This document shows positions 11,601 to 18,114 of a stretch of DNA of 60,779 nt, one piece after another. Within the stretch, counting starts at the first letter, position 1; each line of letters starts with the position of its first letter. The translations under genes and the position numbers were made by a program. The stretch is taken from assembly GCA_029250345.1 (NCBI GenBank), contig JAQXFL010000016.1:1-60779 (forward strand), written 5' to 3'. The DNA comes from Candidatus Poseidoniaceae archaeon. GTDB taxonomy: Archaea > Thermoplasmatota > Poseidoniia > Poseidoniales > Poseidoniaceae. The notes below the pieces were generated by a model. The model searched no databases. It was not told the origin of the DNA and worked only from the letters and a program-made list of their open reading frames with translations.

Positions 11601-12194
11601 ATCGCTAAGGGTGACACACGATCTCAAATGTTTACAGCATTCGCTCCAGAAGATTTCGATTCTGGATCGAAGGTCGTCACCGTCACCGTCACCAGCGAAG
11701 ACGGTTTGACTACCGATTCCTTCGATGTGGAAATTGTCAAGGCGAGCATCGAACTTTCTGTCGACCAGGATGATATCAAAGAAGTTTCAAATCTTTACGC
11801 TAACCGAGCTGGCAAATTGATTATACCGATCCAGAACAGTGGATTCTTGGGCAGTGATGATATCGTTGTTTCTGTAAATATTCAAGGTGGTCGAAGCCTG
11901 GGTGCTCAAACCGTTTCGATCGACCCTGAGGGAATGACAAACGTCACTTTCGACATGGAGGCTTCAGATGCATCGGGTACTGTACGGTTTGATGTGCGTA
12001 TTGAAATTGTTGGCGAAGACAGTGAATTCACCGACAATGCTGTTGATGAGTTCGATTTCAAGATCGAGTATCAAATAGATGAATCAACTGACGATTCCAA
12101 CTTGTTTACCATTGTCATCGCAATTCTTGGAGTATTGGTGCTCTACGGTGGTGTTCGCATCTCCCGACGCAGCAACAAGGGCTCACGTTTCTGA
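2637..12194 (+). CDS. aglB: giant dolichyl-phosphooligosaccharide-protein glycotransferase (AglB/STT3 core) fused to extra N-terminal TM helices, about 1800 aa of beta-sandwich repeats and a C-terminal TM anchor
   Basis: One uninterrupted ORF (2517..12194). The likely start is ATG 2637 (MEQITG), preceded by GAGGG. An STT3 EL1-type motif GGSDPWYMKR has its Asp codon at 3867. The catalytic WWDYG motif is at 5502-5516, with many TM helices before it. Downstream are CarboxypepD_reg-like (ISGQVTMSDNGLPLPGVRLL...DENGRWSF), SdrD-B/Cna-like (GKVFWDLNDDDIPGG) and CARDB/NEW3-like (FVLENTGNGDDSYTIELSDNIPEGWEV) segments. A final TM, LFTIVIAILGVLVLYGGV, is followed by RISRRSNKGSRF. Confidence 0.8.
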   Translation: MEQITGTKSTAPAAPLGWLIAPLAVLLALAAIKLVGIDFELTADNLAPMLIVGAAGILGLVPSMLDQSNSASVSKATLSLSTLAVALIGAVAIYMLDNGAFSGLLFAFVTFGVHFMSSRGRHELATIIVFIAMGANVGIFIASDALTTLPEIYNLAPEGEPQSLVSTLNLKNQAVGYLFFSHLTVFTLVGVLVATFARGVLTPVGESGWFSFLNSDTSSKFNKNNLPLQIALTVWALAHIGSLWHFETVSVADKLGITSAADYHGIVGYWQAFFTGMVAVVVAGMFSERWHTRAMTLGSLWTLYVVSSWYDAGMFSMDLLEGNWGSLIWLGLTFFIGVGIYSISTHETWGGWVNRDDHEYSGARKFWNQHWSSVMIGLAFFFGLVIRTQWYVVPSMNAFGTGNWDMTGGSDPWYMKRVVDYILANNAHMIFDADRSYPIGGINPRPPIFTWSIAVVATLLEPFFSNGDAVWWAILSLPAIYGALTILPVAYIAREHINEKAAVVAAWLIAFMPAHVSHTTWALADHDAFIMLFITLGFMFWLRAVKYAGSERLLRSSSPSAMAFVNAFTAVAQERRAALSAAVLAGVSFGIVSLGWKGFVVGPSIIFLAYAAQVALNMFRRRDSTTLNVLFLTMLSVNFLMALPFYGHPQIDLMLDGTGLQPFLFIAIFTIAISFVTTGFRDKPWLLVLGVLAGAGTVFFIVLWLLKEANLSNAWDVLFTGSGYFTKTKIFGTVAEANAPNRGQLFAQFGPITFVLSLIMGILCIWSALRDRKQTKLVFGVWILAASFMAWTAARFMFNATPAIAVLGAWGIVSLWKWANWEGMVKTWKKMGIRSPEDRIRGARKALWRTPSFSAIMLVMIMLFGQQFTYGLDAAIPSSNNAEDDIDETIYNLIPDAFRWEIGGFSLLDDSTYDGNWYLGSFGSGFNDNGWNSAYEWLAEQDQDMKYSERPAFVSWWDYGFQALDTGEHPSVSDNFQTGISATGNMLLARSQEDLVSMFIWQLGQGDLTYNEAKTGNLEFTNGYQNIVGSYLTDEQMDILNDVSTDVDTDERVSFLKLNSYQVYRTNEDTVLARGYHHTDGVFDESTQYWRVYDEGERILCTDSLSTTCVDGDWSSEAEAENTFSNNIRTGNDNINRVSHYIIGDYWYTADLVEEYGSVSTNLHRSNARLALTVQLLSNSLDSGEIIDMYDELINMEGYYTVQDYDGAPGETIDRDHEIRYYAIDNRLYPRAGRYTADMNYNQGQPMGIFGAPTILSGQDITTYMDEVYETIRGDFPDEMTRAEVDEAITQDFLNQQSGADIDPLQVQDVRVDHNSAFFDTMLARSYVGYGASTLGVDAGSSNPQPAQHFGQSGSPGSILSQGLPLPGAMTNHFVISNWYSPEANSSVTAEEQTVGISSTNTLVKILKYYSGAEISGQVTMSDNGLPLPGVRLLIERDAFSGEGADDLDPDTYWVPIGFTDADENGRWSFDAPAGRIRVSAYAGDYDPTLAQDNIRSGAFSQGLGDILTETNDDRVINDISAILGEVANMSWLGENQHNITAEQADSNAPVSADFNIAVESSGISGQVTWSGHESFDGDALVSTDFILRNIWSLTDNYTLTTTNGSFTSADSRILQGSGEATFVENGTFESEGVAFADDFTGTFTRSIGDKRVYTSNGTWDGKGTLVASWIAEDNVLDCLDNETAPMPENSTVCIQDSTTSPLTYLLDGAVEANGRLTSDGISTLVTEHVGDSFEATGSFEGTGTLNGTGLFIGTGSFSGEMVQPGSFYLTGLVPGVYNMIAQLDNGKEVLLPDPVNVGISPSYDLAMTMPGSIFEDTLQDFYEEKLVNEVIEWVDVDLGMDSLVEIHTDEDGNFSYGPIASGEYFYRVDIDSDGWYELNETIYARGESENFSLAMDVPEMYDISLQLTSPVDPQTQTAYADVSQRVVTFTNSDPLFGPLNATSDETGMVYIELPMGAYTISDESGDDYILFDFVELNNEDVAMSSAYAIATYVNGSIRAPDGGLFSAEYTYADWAAQEAVYKLEQSQPASGLEVNFVANDLSFSTTVETDGNFSMRLPSGNTFHMTAISLVSQMSSGQLVVLGGDAEIDIGLMYLEPTVATLGLVYLYDNSSLWDGLVPGYAAQEVVATDSTGLEWRTTIDDQGGFAFSLQPGDWDFTVDEELLNSTTVTDYAILDNEGIAPNSVELFVSPEPLTIVLNVFMNSGGDGIFANGTGVSPAFSLIPLNNHGQQYNFTTSDYTATGNISVVLEPGLYSIDFNETSADDENATDYNLLGDSTFETMIVGIEAYEEAVSFALRNEYLVTGQLTNSSGEGVEKQFLLRNDADDLWHNIASDVNGSFASYVPAGEWVAIVAPFSASNDSMETYREAFTVSEDSSLRTGLNFTSIEVVTVNFQVQELNTDSNMSDVRITLVSHDGFGNITLSKSDQFGNVSETIMPGTWSMFLNQTEPQRQWSLDTFDTPFTTDNAVDGVLELGIVSPELMVEIGGKVFWDLNDDDIPGGTEGVANTTVSITGFNNTAIDTNVTTDEFGVWSLFVPIQDEYQVSVSKEGFSTEVYNVSNTSAYPVYAAPESYDIEMTAGNVTVSGNVTDINDAERLNGSIVTLYPTSGMAGETIVVESQFDNEVLTWSAVISPGEWIVVVTEANPGENGGGVAIGLLDASISDGATLDLEMSLGGWLDLSTSWTDIKLDEYHAGSSSDGWIYMNETAVVTMTIGDDLEWDLPVGEDGTISVLMPASEIEMDSSFITIQHDLQLEMEYIGGAVTQVAEGRSPVSLSYTRSINSDTSISMVEGSVTGATVDSEVAFTAIEEEEGYQQIEFELELNYEGTETVQVFDVLGQILVSPDEADWTIEFKNGSTYEDSYQVSLGIGNSTNDTSVQSTATVGVRITVANQSAAWHLEDPHTLKVRMLTDSTPSSEISVTVQVPQIYGLETSDEDESVGIGAGGSSMFGFVLENTGNGDDSYTIELSDNIPEGWEVTPMSSVITIAKGDTRSQMFTAFAPEDFDSGSKVVTVTVTSEDGLTTDSFDVEIVKASIELSVDQDDIKEVSNLYANRAGKLIIPIQNSGFLGSDDIVVSVNIQGGRSLGAQTVSIDPEGMTNVTFDMEASDASGTVRFDVRIEIVGEDSEFTDNAVDEFDFKIEYQIDESTDDSNLFTIVIAILGVLVLYGGVRISRRSNKGSRF

Positions 12195-12226
12195 TTTCAG
12201 ACAACCCATTATATCCAGAGTTCCAA

Positions 12227-13483
12227 ATGAACTCGTGTAGGGGGGTCGGAATGGAAGGGCTTGACAACGTAGAATTGCTCCCAGAGCCTAATGATTCACG
12301 CATACTTTCTGTTGTTGATTCTGCAGTTGTAGGCTTCCAAGACCAGTGGCGGTCAGAAGTCACTGGTTGGGCTCCAATGCAGGCCGTGCCAGTCCCTCGG
12401 ATACGTCGTCGTAAGATGCTCGTCACCAATGGCGTCGCCTTCTCTGTTCTTGTTATACTGATGCTCTATGTTTGGAATTCGGGATTGCTCTTTCTTGAGA
12501 TTCCTCCACCAAAGTCTGAATGGGCCATCGAACAGTCCCAATTTGAGGATTTGACCGATATGGGTCTGTCTGGTGAAGGCGTTCGGGTCTGTATGGTTGA
12601 CACTGGAATAGATCTCAGTAACCCTGCATTTTCAAATCTACAAGTTACCTTCAAGGACATGATAGGTGCTTCAACTTCTCCAGTTGACTACGGTTACGTT
12701 GCCCACGGTACGTTGATGGCAGGCATTCTTGTCTCGAACGATCATCAACTTGGTGTAGCACCAAATGTTGACCTTGCGATGGTTGCAGCTCTCGGTGCAG
12801 ATGAGGATGACATGAACAGCGGTTCAGAAGACACAGTTGCACGTTCAATTCGCTGGTGTCAAGATGAATATCAAGCGCACATCATATCTCTCTCTCTTGG
12901 TGGGGAGCAAAACGTTGAGATGCACACCGAGGGAAGCAGTGTTTCTGCGGTGCGAAGGGCTGTTGACTCAGGTATTTTCGTCGTCGCTGCGGCAGGTAAC
13001 GATGGTGGTGGGAGCGATGACGGTTTGGTATCTGTTCCCGGTAATGTCCCTCGAGTCATAACAGTGGGTGCATCTACAGAGTCTCAAAGTGTATGGGCAA
13101 ACTCATCTTCAGGGTCACAATCTTTACTGAACGGTGAACAACGCCAACATCCCCACATGAAACCTGAAGTGATTGCTCCTGGTGAAAACATCATCAGCAC
13201 AGGTGTAGGCGACACGTGGTTTTCCAGCAGTGGCACATCAGATTCCACGGTATTTGTTACTGGTGCGCTATCGCTTCTTCTCGAGGCGTTCCCTGAATAC
13301 AAGGCAACATCAGATTCAGACGGATCGTGTATCGATGCAGTCAAGAACGCTCTCATGGAATCTGCGCTGAAATACGACGATACTGCAACGCATGATAACC
13401 AATGGGGATACGGTCAATTACAGGCTTTGGACTGGTATTCTTACCTTGAAGTTCAATCACCTGTGTGCTCGTTTTCCGAATAA
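12227..13483 (+). CDS. membrane-anchored subtilisin-like serine protease (peptidase S8)
   Basis: Asp/His/Ser triad contexts are VCMVDTGID, HGTLMAGIL and SSSGTSDSTVFVTGALSLL. An N-terminal TM (MLVTNGVAFSVLVILMLYVW) follows RIRRRK. It lies 32 bp downstream of the giant aglB. Confidence 0.8.
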   Translation: MNSCRGVGMEGLDNVELLPEPNDSRILSVVDSAVVGFQDQWRSEVTGWAPMQAVPVPRIRRRKMLVTNGVAFSVLVILMLYVWNSGLLFLEIPPPKSEWAIEQSQFEDLTDMGLSGEGVRVCMVDTGIDLSNPAFSNLQVTFKDMIGASTSPVDYGYVAHGTLMAGILVSNDHQLGVAPNVDLAMVAALGADEDDMNSGSEDTVARSIRWCQDEYQAHIISLSLGGEQNVEMHTEGSSVSAVRRAVDSGIFVVAAAGNDGGGSDDGLVSVPGNVPRVITVGASTESQSVWANSSSGSQSLLNGEQRQHPHMKPEVIAPGENIISTGVGDTWFSSSGTSDSTVFVTGALSLLLEAFPEYKATSDSDGSCIDAVKNALMESALKYDDTATHDNQWGYGQLQALDWYSYLEVQSPVCSFSE

Positions 13484-13506
13484 AGGCTGTACTAAGCCGT
13501 ATTTTG

Positions 13507-13530
13507 TGTGCACCACCTTCTGCACATTTT
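13507..13530 (+). terminator. hairpin plus T-run downstream of the S8 protease gene
   Basis: TGTGCA (13507-13512) pairs with TGCACA (13521-13526) around an 8-nt loop, followed directly by TTTT (13527-13530). It sits 24 nt after the stop at 13483. Archaeal termination usually needs only oligo-T, so the hairpin's role is uncertain. Confidence 0.3.
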
Positions 13531-13634
13531 GATACTATGGTCGGTATATGATATTTTAACACCCTGCAAGATGATATTTTTGCCAAGTTTTGATATTCTT
13601 AAACTGACGATTGAGGCGCAGTATTATATTCTTG
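13529..13634 (+). promoter_or_regulatory. AT-rich promoter region with four phased TGATA(T/C)T repeats and TATA-like boxes
   Basis: TGATA begins at 13530, 13549, 13572 and 13591 (spacings 19/23/19 bp). TATA-like TATATGATATTTTAA lies near 13545 and TATTATATT near 13623, about 30 bp upstream of GTG 13658. Confidence 0.3.
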
Positions 13635-13657
13635 TTGACTATGGGGGAAGAACAGAG

Positions 13658-16600
13658 GTGTCTATTTTGAAGAACACAACATCGCACAAGAGTATATCGC
13701 TGGTCGCACTCCTTTTGCTTTCAACGCTAACAGGGCTTATCGCTATCCCAACTGCATCTGCAGTGAACGAAACCAAGTCTGGAATCATAACCGGGACTGA
13801 AACTTGGACTGGAACTATGAATCTTAACGGCGACATTGTCGTTGCAGAAGGTGCGAAGCTTGTTGTCAACGCCGGAACAGTGATCAATATCCCTTACGGT
13901 TACTACATTGATGTCGAAGGTGCAATCTGCATCGGTGACAGTGCTTGTGGCGCAAGTTCTGGTTCAGCAAGCAATCAAGCCCGATTCATCTGGTCGTCTC
14001 CGACCGATTACACCATTCAAGGGCGATGCTACTCCAACAGTTCCAGCAACCCAAATTACAACAGCGATACTGCTTGCGGTTCGGGTATGATTATTCGCTC
14101 GACAATTGACCAGGCGATTACTTCGATCAAGTATGCACACTTTGAAAACGCATACGGCCATCCTTTCGAAACCAATCAAGTGAGCGGTATGCAATACGGT
14201 GCTTTGGTTTTCGATGGTTCGTCAACTTCTGCACAGGGTCTTTCGTTTGCGAATATCAATACCTCGAACATCATGGCGATTGACCTTGCTGCGCCAAGTA
14301 TCTCAGATTCTACCTTCACCCTCGGTATCGATGGAAACGGATACGATGCAGCAGCAGTTCGTGCTTACGGAGCTGGAGCAGGTATTTTGGCAACAATGGA
14401 GGTCACAAATTCTGTTTTCACAGGGGACACCGCAGCAGAATGTGGTAACGACGGACGTAGCCTCATATATGTCGAAAGTTCATATGTAGATTTCTCTGAT
14501 CTTGACATCAAGGATAACTCCTATGGATTCTTCATGAAAGAAAGTTCTGGATCAATTACTGACTCGGTTATCAACGTGAAGTGCAGTGGAATCGACACAA
14601 ACTCTCACAAAGTCACGGGCACAATCAACCACACCCTTGTCATCAACGACAACACGATTACTACCGCAGATGGTTCTGGAATCACAGCCTATGACGGAGC
14701 GATTGTCGTTGCTGAGCGCAACACTATTTCCGGCGCAGCGTCAGGTTCTGGTTTTGGTATCCGCTCCTCAACAGTCACTGCTAACAACAACATCATCGGC
14801 CCAATCGGAGGCTGGAACGGATTGTGGATTTACGGAACATCCGATGTTGTTGCTGAGAACAATACCATCCAGGACACTGCCAAAGAAGCAGTTCTCATTG
14901 GTGAATACCATTATCTCGATCAGGGGTGGAATGTCCCAACACCAACCGCATCCCGTCTTTATCTTGCCAACAACCAAATTTCGAACAACACCGGTGTCTG
15001 TAACTCTCAAATGTACGATGGAGACTTCCAATGCCCTGCAATTCACGTGTTCATGTCTTCAGCAACCCTGTATGACAACACCGTCACGAACAACGGTGGA
15101 GACGGCATGAGAATCAAAGCAAGCATCGTCAACGCTCAACGAAACACCATTGAAGTCTCTGGATTTGCGGCGAACGTCTCGTTGTTCGACGATAACTACG
15201 GTAACAAGTACGGTTCAATTGCCTACTTCTCCGAGAACACATACACGAATGCGACACAGGTCTACAACATCACCGAGTCCCGTGTTACAGTTCAGTCTGA
15301 ATACATCCCAGATGCAGGCGGTAACGAACTGTATCCTGTTCAAATGAGCTGGCTTGGCCCTGAATGTCCATATGTTCAGGATGAATGTTTGCAAGTCCCT
15401 CCTACTGCAATTATGCCTCCGGCCTTCATGCCATTGGCTCTCGAAGTAGTTGATAATTCCACAGTGTTCTCCTACGCAAACCTGCAGAACTTTGATTCCT
15501 CTAAGATACACGTTCAGAACCAAAACTCCGCCTGGGGTAGCCAAGTCCGAGAGGGAGAACTTGTTCGATACCAAGTGAAGGCCCAAAACAGCAACGTCGT
15601 TGACGCAACTGTTGTTATCCGCGATGCATCTGGACTACCGCTTTACACACTCACCACCGATGCGTTTGGGTTCACTCCTGAGGTTTCACTTCCATCCGAC
15701 TTCCTCCTCGACCGTAACTGGAATCACAATGTCGGTGAAACGAATGTCCAGATTCCTGGTGTCCTTGATTCTGAAGGCAACCCAGTCTTCATCGACGAAA
15801 ACTCCTGCGCCGATGGATACGATAACGACGGAGATACCAAGGTTGACTCCGAAGATGGAGACTGTACTGGTGGCCGCGAGTTGCCTTTCTACACCGTAGA
15901 AGCGTACAAATTCGGAAAGGGTCAGAAGGATTTCAATTTCGTTCTCAGTGGAGGAATCGACGATGTGATTAACCTCGTGAACCTGAAGCCGAGCGTCACC
16001 GTTACTCAAAACGATGGATACTCATTTGCCACGACTGCCACTCTAAGCGGCGGTGCATGGGATGGAATTTCCGGACCATATGCGCTCGATCAAATCGCTT
16101 ACGACAATCAATTCGGTGTCATTAAGCGTGTGGAAATCCAACCGCCAGGCTCTACCGATTGGTACAACGCCATTGACACCTCGGGTGCGAATGGGATGAT
16201 TTCGATGTCGACACATCCTTACAAGACATGGTCGTTTGAATGGGATTTGTCAGCACATCCAGAAGGTGAGGGCGACGTCACCTTCCGTGTCCGTTCATAC
16301 GACGGGTTAGATTACTCTCCTGTCGAAGTACGAAAGTACAAACTGAATCTCGTGGCTCCGACAACTCTTGTGAATTCGCCTGCTGATGGCACATCGCATA
16401 CCAACGGCAAAGTGACTTTCACTGGTACTTCCAGCGATCCGTATTCCGGAACATGGGGCAGCGATATCAAATCCATTTGGTTCGATATCAATGGTCCAAA
16501 CGGTTACACCGCAAATTTCGATGTGTCTGGTTCTACTGCATGGGCATACGACTGGATTTTCCAAGAATTGCAAACTGGGCAGTATGATTTCCGCATTTGG

Positions 16601-18055
16601 GCTTCAGACAGTGATTTCTGCAACACGAAATCCAGCTGGGTTGATTGTGAACACGAAACTCGAAGCATCAACATCAATACCGATAACGCAATTCCTTTCG
16701 TTCAACTTAGCGAGCCACTGAATTCTGATATTCTTCGAGCCAGTGAAACTCAACTCATTCAAGGTGTAGCATTGGATAACGATGGACTGGTCACTCGTGT
16801 CGAGATTTCAATCTTTGATCTCGCAAGTGGTGCTACTGTCAATAACGGTCCGAACCCTGTGACAAACTTTGCTCCGAACGGTGCATGGTACACAACTTGG
16901 GATACATCCGACCTCATCCATGACCAACAATATGAATTGGTCATCAAAGCATGGGACGGCAAGGACTTTTCGAATGAGGAGCGAATCCGCATCACAATCG
17001 ATAATCCAACTGATGCAAACAATCTCGTTCCAGAATTCAACTCAACTGGCTGGTCGAGTACTATTACTTTGTTCTGTGACTCAAACCCGACCAAGCTCGA
17101 CCGTTGCAACGGTGGAATCAACGTTGACTTGATGGATTACTTCTCAGACCCAGATGGTGTTGAAGACGGTAAAACCGATGGGCTGAACTTCGATATCTAT
17201 GACGATCCTACCAACTTGGATGATGATTTCTACGGCGATTACCTTACTCTTTCCGATAAGGGAGTTGTCAGTTATGACCCTGCATTCGTTACCGGCCTTT
17301 CCAACGATGTTTCAGAATGGTCACTCGTTGGTCTCATGTTTGTGGCTCGTGACGCTTACGATTCAGTCGCTTACTCCTACAAGGTGAACGTCGTAGTCGT
17401 TGAAATCTCATTCAGCGTCGTTCGAGACAACTCTGGACCTCTTGGGCCAGACTCCCCTGCATATTTCAGCGGCCAAGGTTTGCCGAACAGTCTAGTTGAG
17501 GCTCGGTTTGACAGTCTCAAGGGTGTTCGAATTAACCAAACCCGTGTTAATGCAGATGCAACTTGGACAATGGAAATTTCAAGCAGTCAGCTTTCTGGCA
17601 TGGAAGGAACAAGCAACATTATCTTTGAGATGGATGATCAGGTCTATTCAGTCCCTGGTGAAAACACAAACGCTCTCTTCCAACTCAGTGTTGGTGATGG
17701 TTCTGAATCCAATTCCAACGTCTGGATGATTGTCGGTGCTGTATTCGGAATCATTGTATTGTTAGGTGCTGGTATGTTCTTCTTCCAAGTCGAATACGAT
17801 GACATGGATGAACTTGCCGAAATGGCACAAGCCGAACAAGAGGCTGCATCAGCAGACCCTTACGCATGGGCCAAGGCTCGACAAGAACCGGTAGGCATTC
17901 CTGCCGCTACCGTTGCCACGACTCCGGTCGCTGCTCAAACAGTGGCAGCAGCAGTTCAACCTGCGGCCCCACAGGCATCTCAGCATCCGGGATGGATTTG
18001 GGATTCGGAGTCCAACAACTGGGTTCCAGATCCAAACTACACTCCTGATCAGTGA
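13658..18055 (+). CDS. giant surface protein: signal peptide, right-handed parallel beta-helix (PbH1/CASH-like), Ig-like repeats, C-terminal TM and cytoplasmic tail
   Basis: The ORF is open from 13508 (GTG). The best start is GTG 13658 (VSILKNTTSHKSISLVALLLLSTLTGLIAIPTASA, a signal peptide); ATG 13571 is the alternative. Repeated NNTI/NTIS beta-helix rungs are visible (ERNTISGAASGSGFGIRSSTVTANNNIIG...AENNTIQD), as is a CADGYDNDGDTKVDSEDGDC metal-binding-like motif. Ig-like segments follow. The TM is VWMIVGAVFGIIVLLGAGMFFF, with an approximately 90-aa Ala/Pro-rich tail. Confidence 0.75.
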   Translation: MSILKNTTSHKSISLVALLLLSTLTGLIAIPTASAVNETKSGIITGTETWTGTMNLNGDIVVAEGAKLVVNAGTVINIPYGYYIDVEGAICIGDSACGASSGSASNQARFIWSSPTDYTIQGRCYSNSSSNPNYNSDTACGSGMIIRSTIDQAITSIKYAHFENAYGHPFETNQVSGMQYGALVFDGSSTSAQGLSFANINTSNIMAIDLAAPSISDSTFTLGIDGNGYDAAAVRAYGAGAGILATMEVTNSVFTGDTAAECGNDGRSLIYVESSYVDFSDLDIKDNSYGFFMKESSGSITDSVINVKCSGIDTNSHKVTGTINHTLVINDNTITTADGSGITAYDGAIVVAERNTISGAASGSGFGIRSSTVTANNNIIGPIGGWNGLWIYGTSDVVAENNTIQDTAKEAVLIGEYHYLDQGWNVPTPTASRLYLANNQISNNTGVCNSQMYDGDFQCPAIHVFMSSATLYDNTVTNNGGDGMRIKASIVNAQRNTIEVSGFAANVSLFDDNYGNKYGSIAYFSENTYTNATQVYNITESRVTVQSEYIPDAGGNELYPVQMSWLGPECPYVQDECLQVPPTAIMPPAFMPLALEVVDNSTVFSYANLQNFDSSKIHVQNQNSAWGSQVREGELVRYQVKAQNSNVVDATVVIRDASGLPLYTLTTDAFGFTPEVSLPSDFLLDRNWNHNVGETNVQIPGVLDSEGNPVFIDENSCADGYDNDGDTKVDSEDGDCTGGRELPFYTVEAYKFGKGQKDFNFVLSGGIDDVINLVNLKPSVTVTQNDGYSFATTATLSGGAWDGISGPYALDQIAYDNQFGVIKRVEIQPPGSTDWYNAIDTSGANGMISMSTHPYKTWSFEWDLSAHPEGEGDVTFRVRSYDGLDYSPVEVRKYKLNLVAPTTLVNSPADGTSHTNGKVTFTGTSSDPYSGTWGSDIKSIWFDINGPNGYTANFDVSGSTAWAYDWIFQELQTGQYDFRIWASDSDFCNTKSSWVDCEHETRSININTDNAIPFVQLSEPLNSDILRASETQLIQGVALDNDGLVTRVEISIFDLASGATVNNGPNPVTNFAPNGAWYTTWDTSDLIHDQQYELVIKAWDGKDFSNEERIRITIDNPTDANNLVPEFNSTGWSSTITLFCDSNPTKLDRCNGGINVDLMDYFSDPDGVEDGKTDGLNFDIYDDPTNLDDDFYGDYLTLSDKGVVSYDPAFVTGLSNDVSEWSLVGLMFVARDAYDSVAYSYKVNVVVVEISFSVVRDNSGPLGPDSPAYFSGQGLPNSLVEARFDSLKGVRINQTRVNADATWTMEISSSQLSGMEGTSNIIFEMDDQVYSVPGENTNALFQLSVGDGSESNSNVWMIVGAVFGIIVLLGAGMFFFQVEYDDMDELAEMAQAEQEAASADPYAWAKARQEPVGIPAATVATTPVAAQTVAAAVQPAAPQASQHPGWIWDSESNNWVPDPNYTPDQ

Positions 18056-18114
18056 AGCATCTTCTGCTCGCAGGAGCGGAAGTGTTGAAGAGTAGAAAAA
18101 CGCGAGGTAAGGAT

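Noticed and set aside
12101-12194. Possible PGF-CTERM/archaeosortase sorting signal on the giant proteins
   Set aside because: The C-terminal TM helices are present, but none is preceded by a PGF-type tripeptide or a Thr/Ser-rich O-glycosylation linker. Two of them carry long cytoplasmic tails, which is inconsistent with archaeosortase processing.
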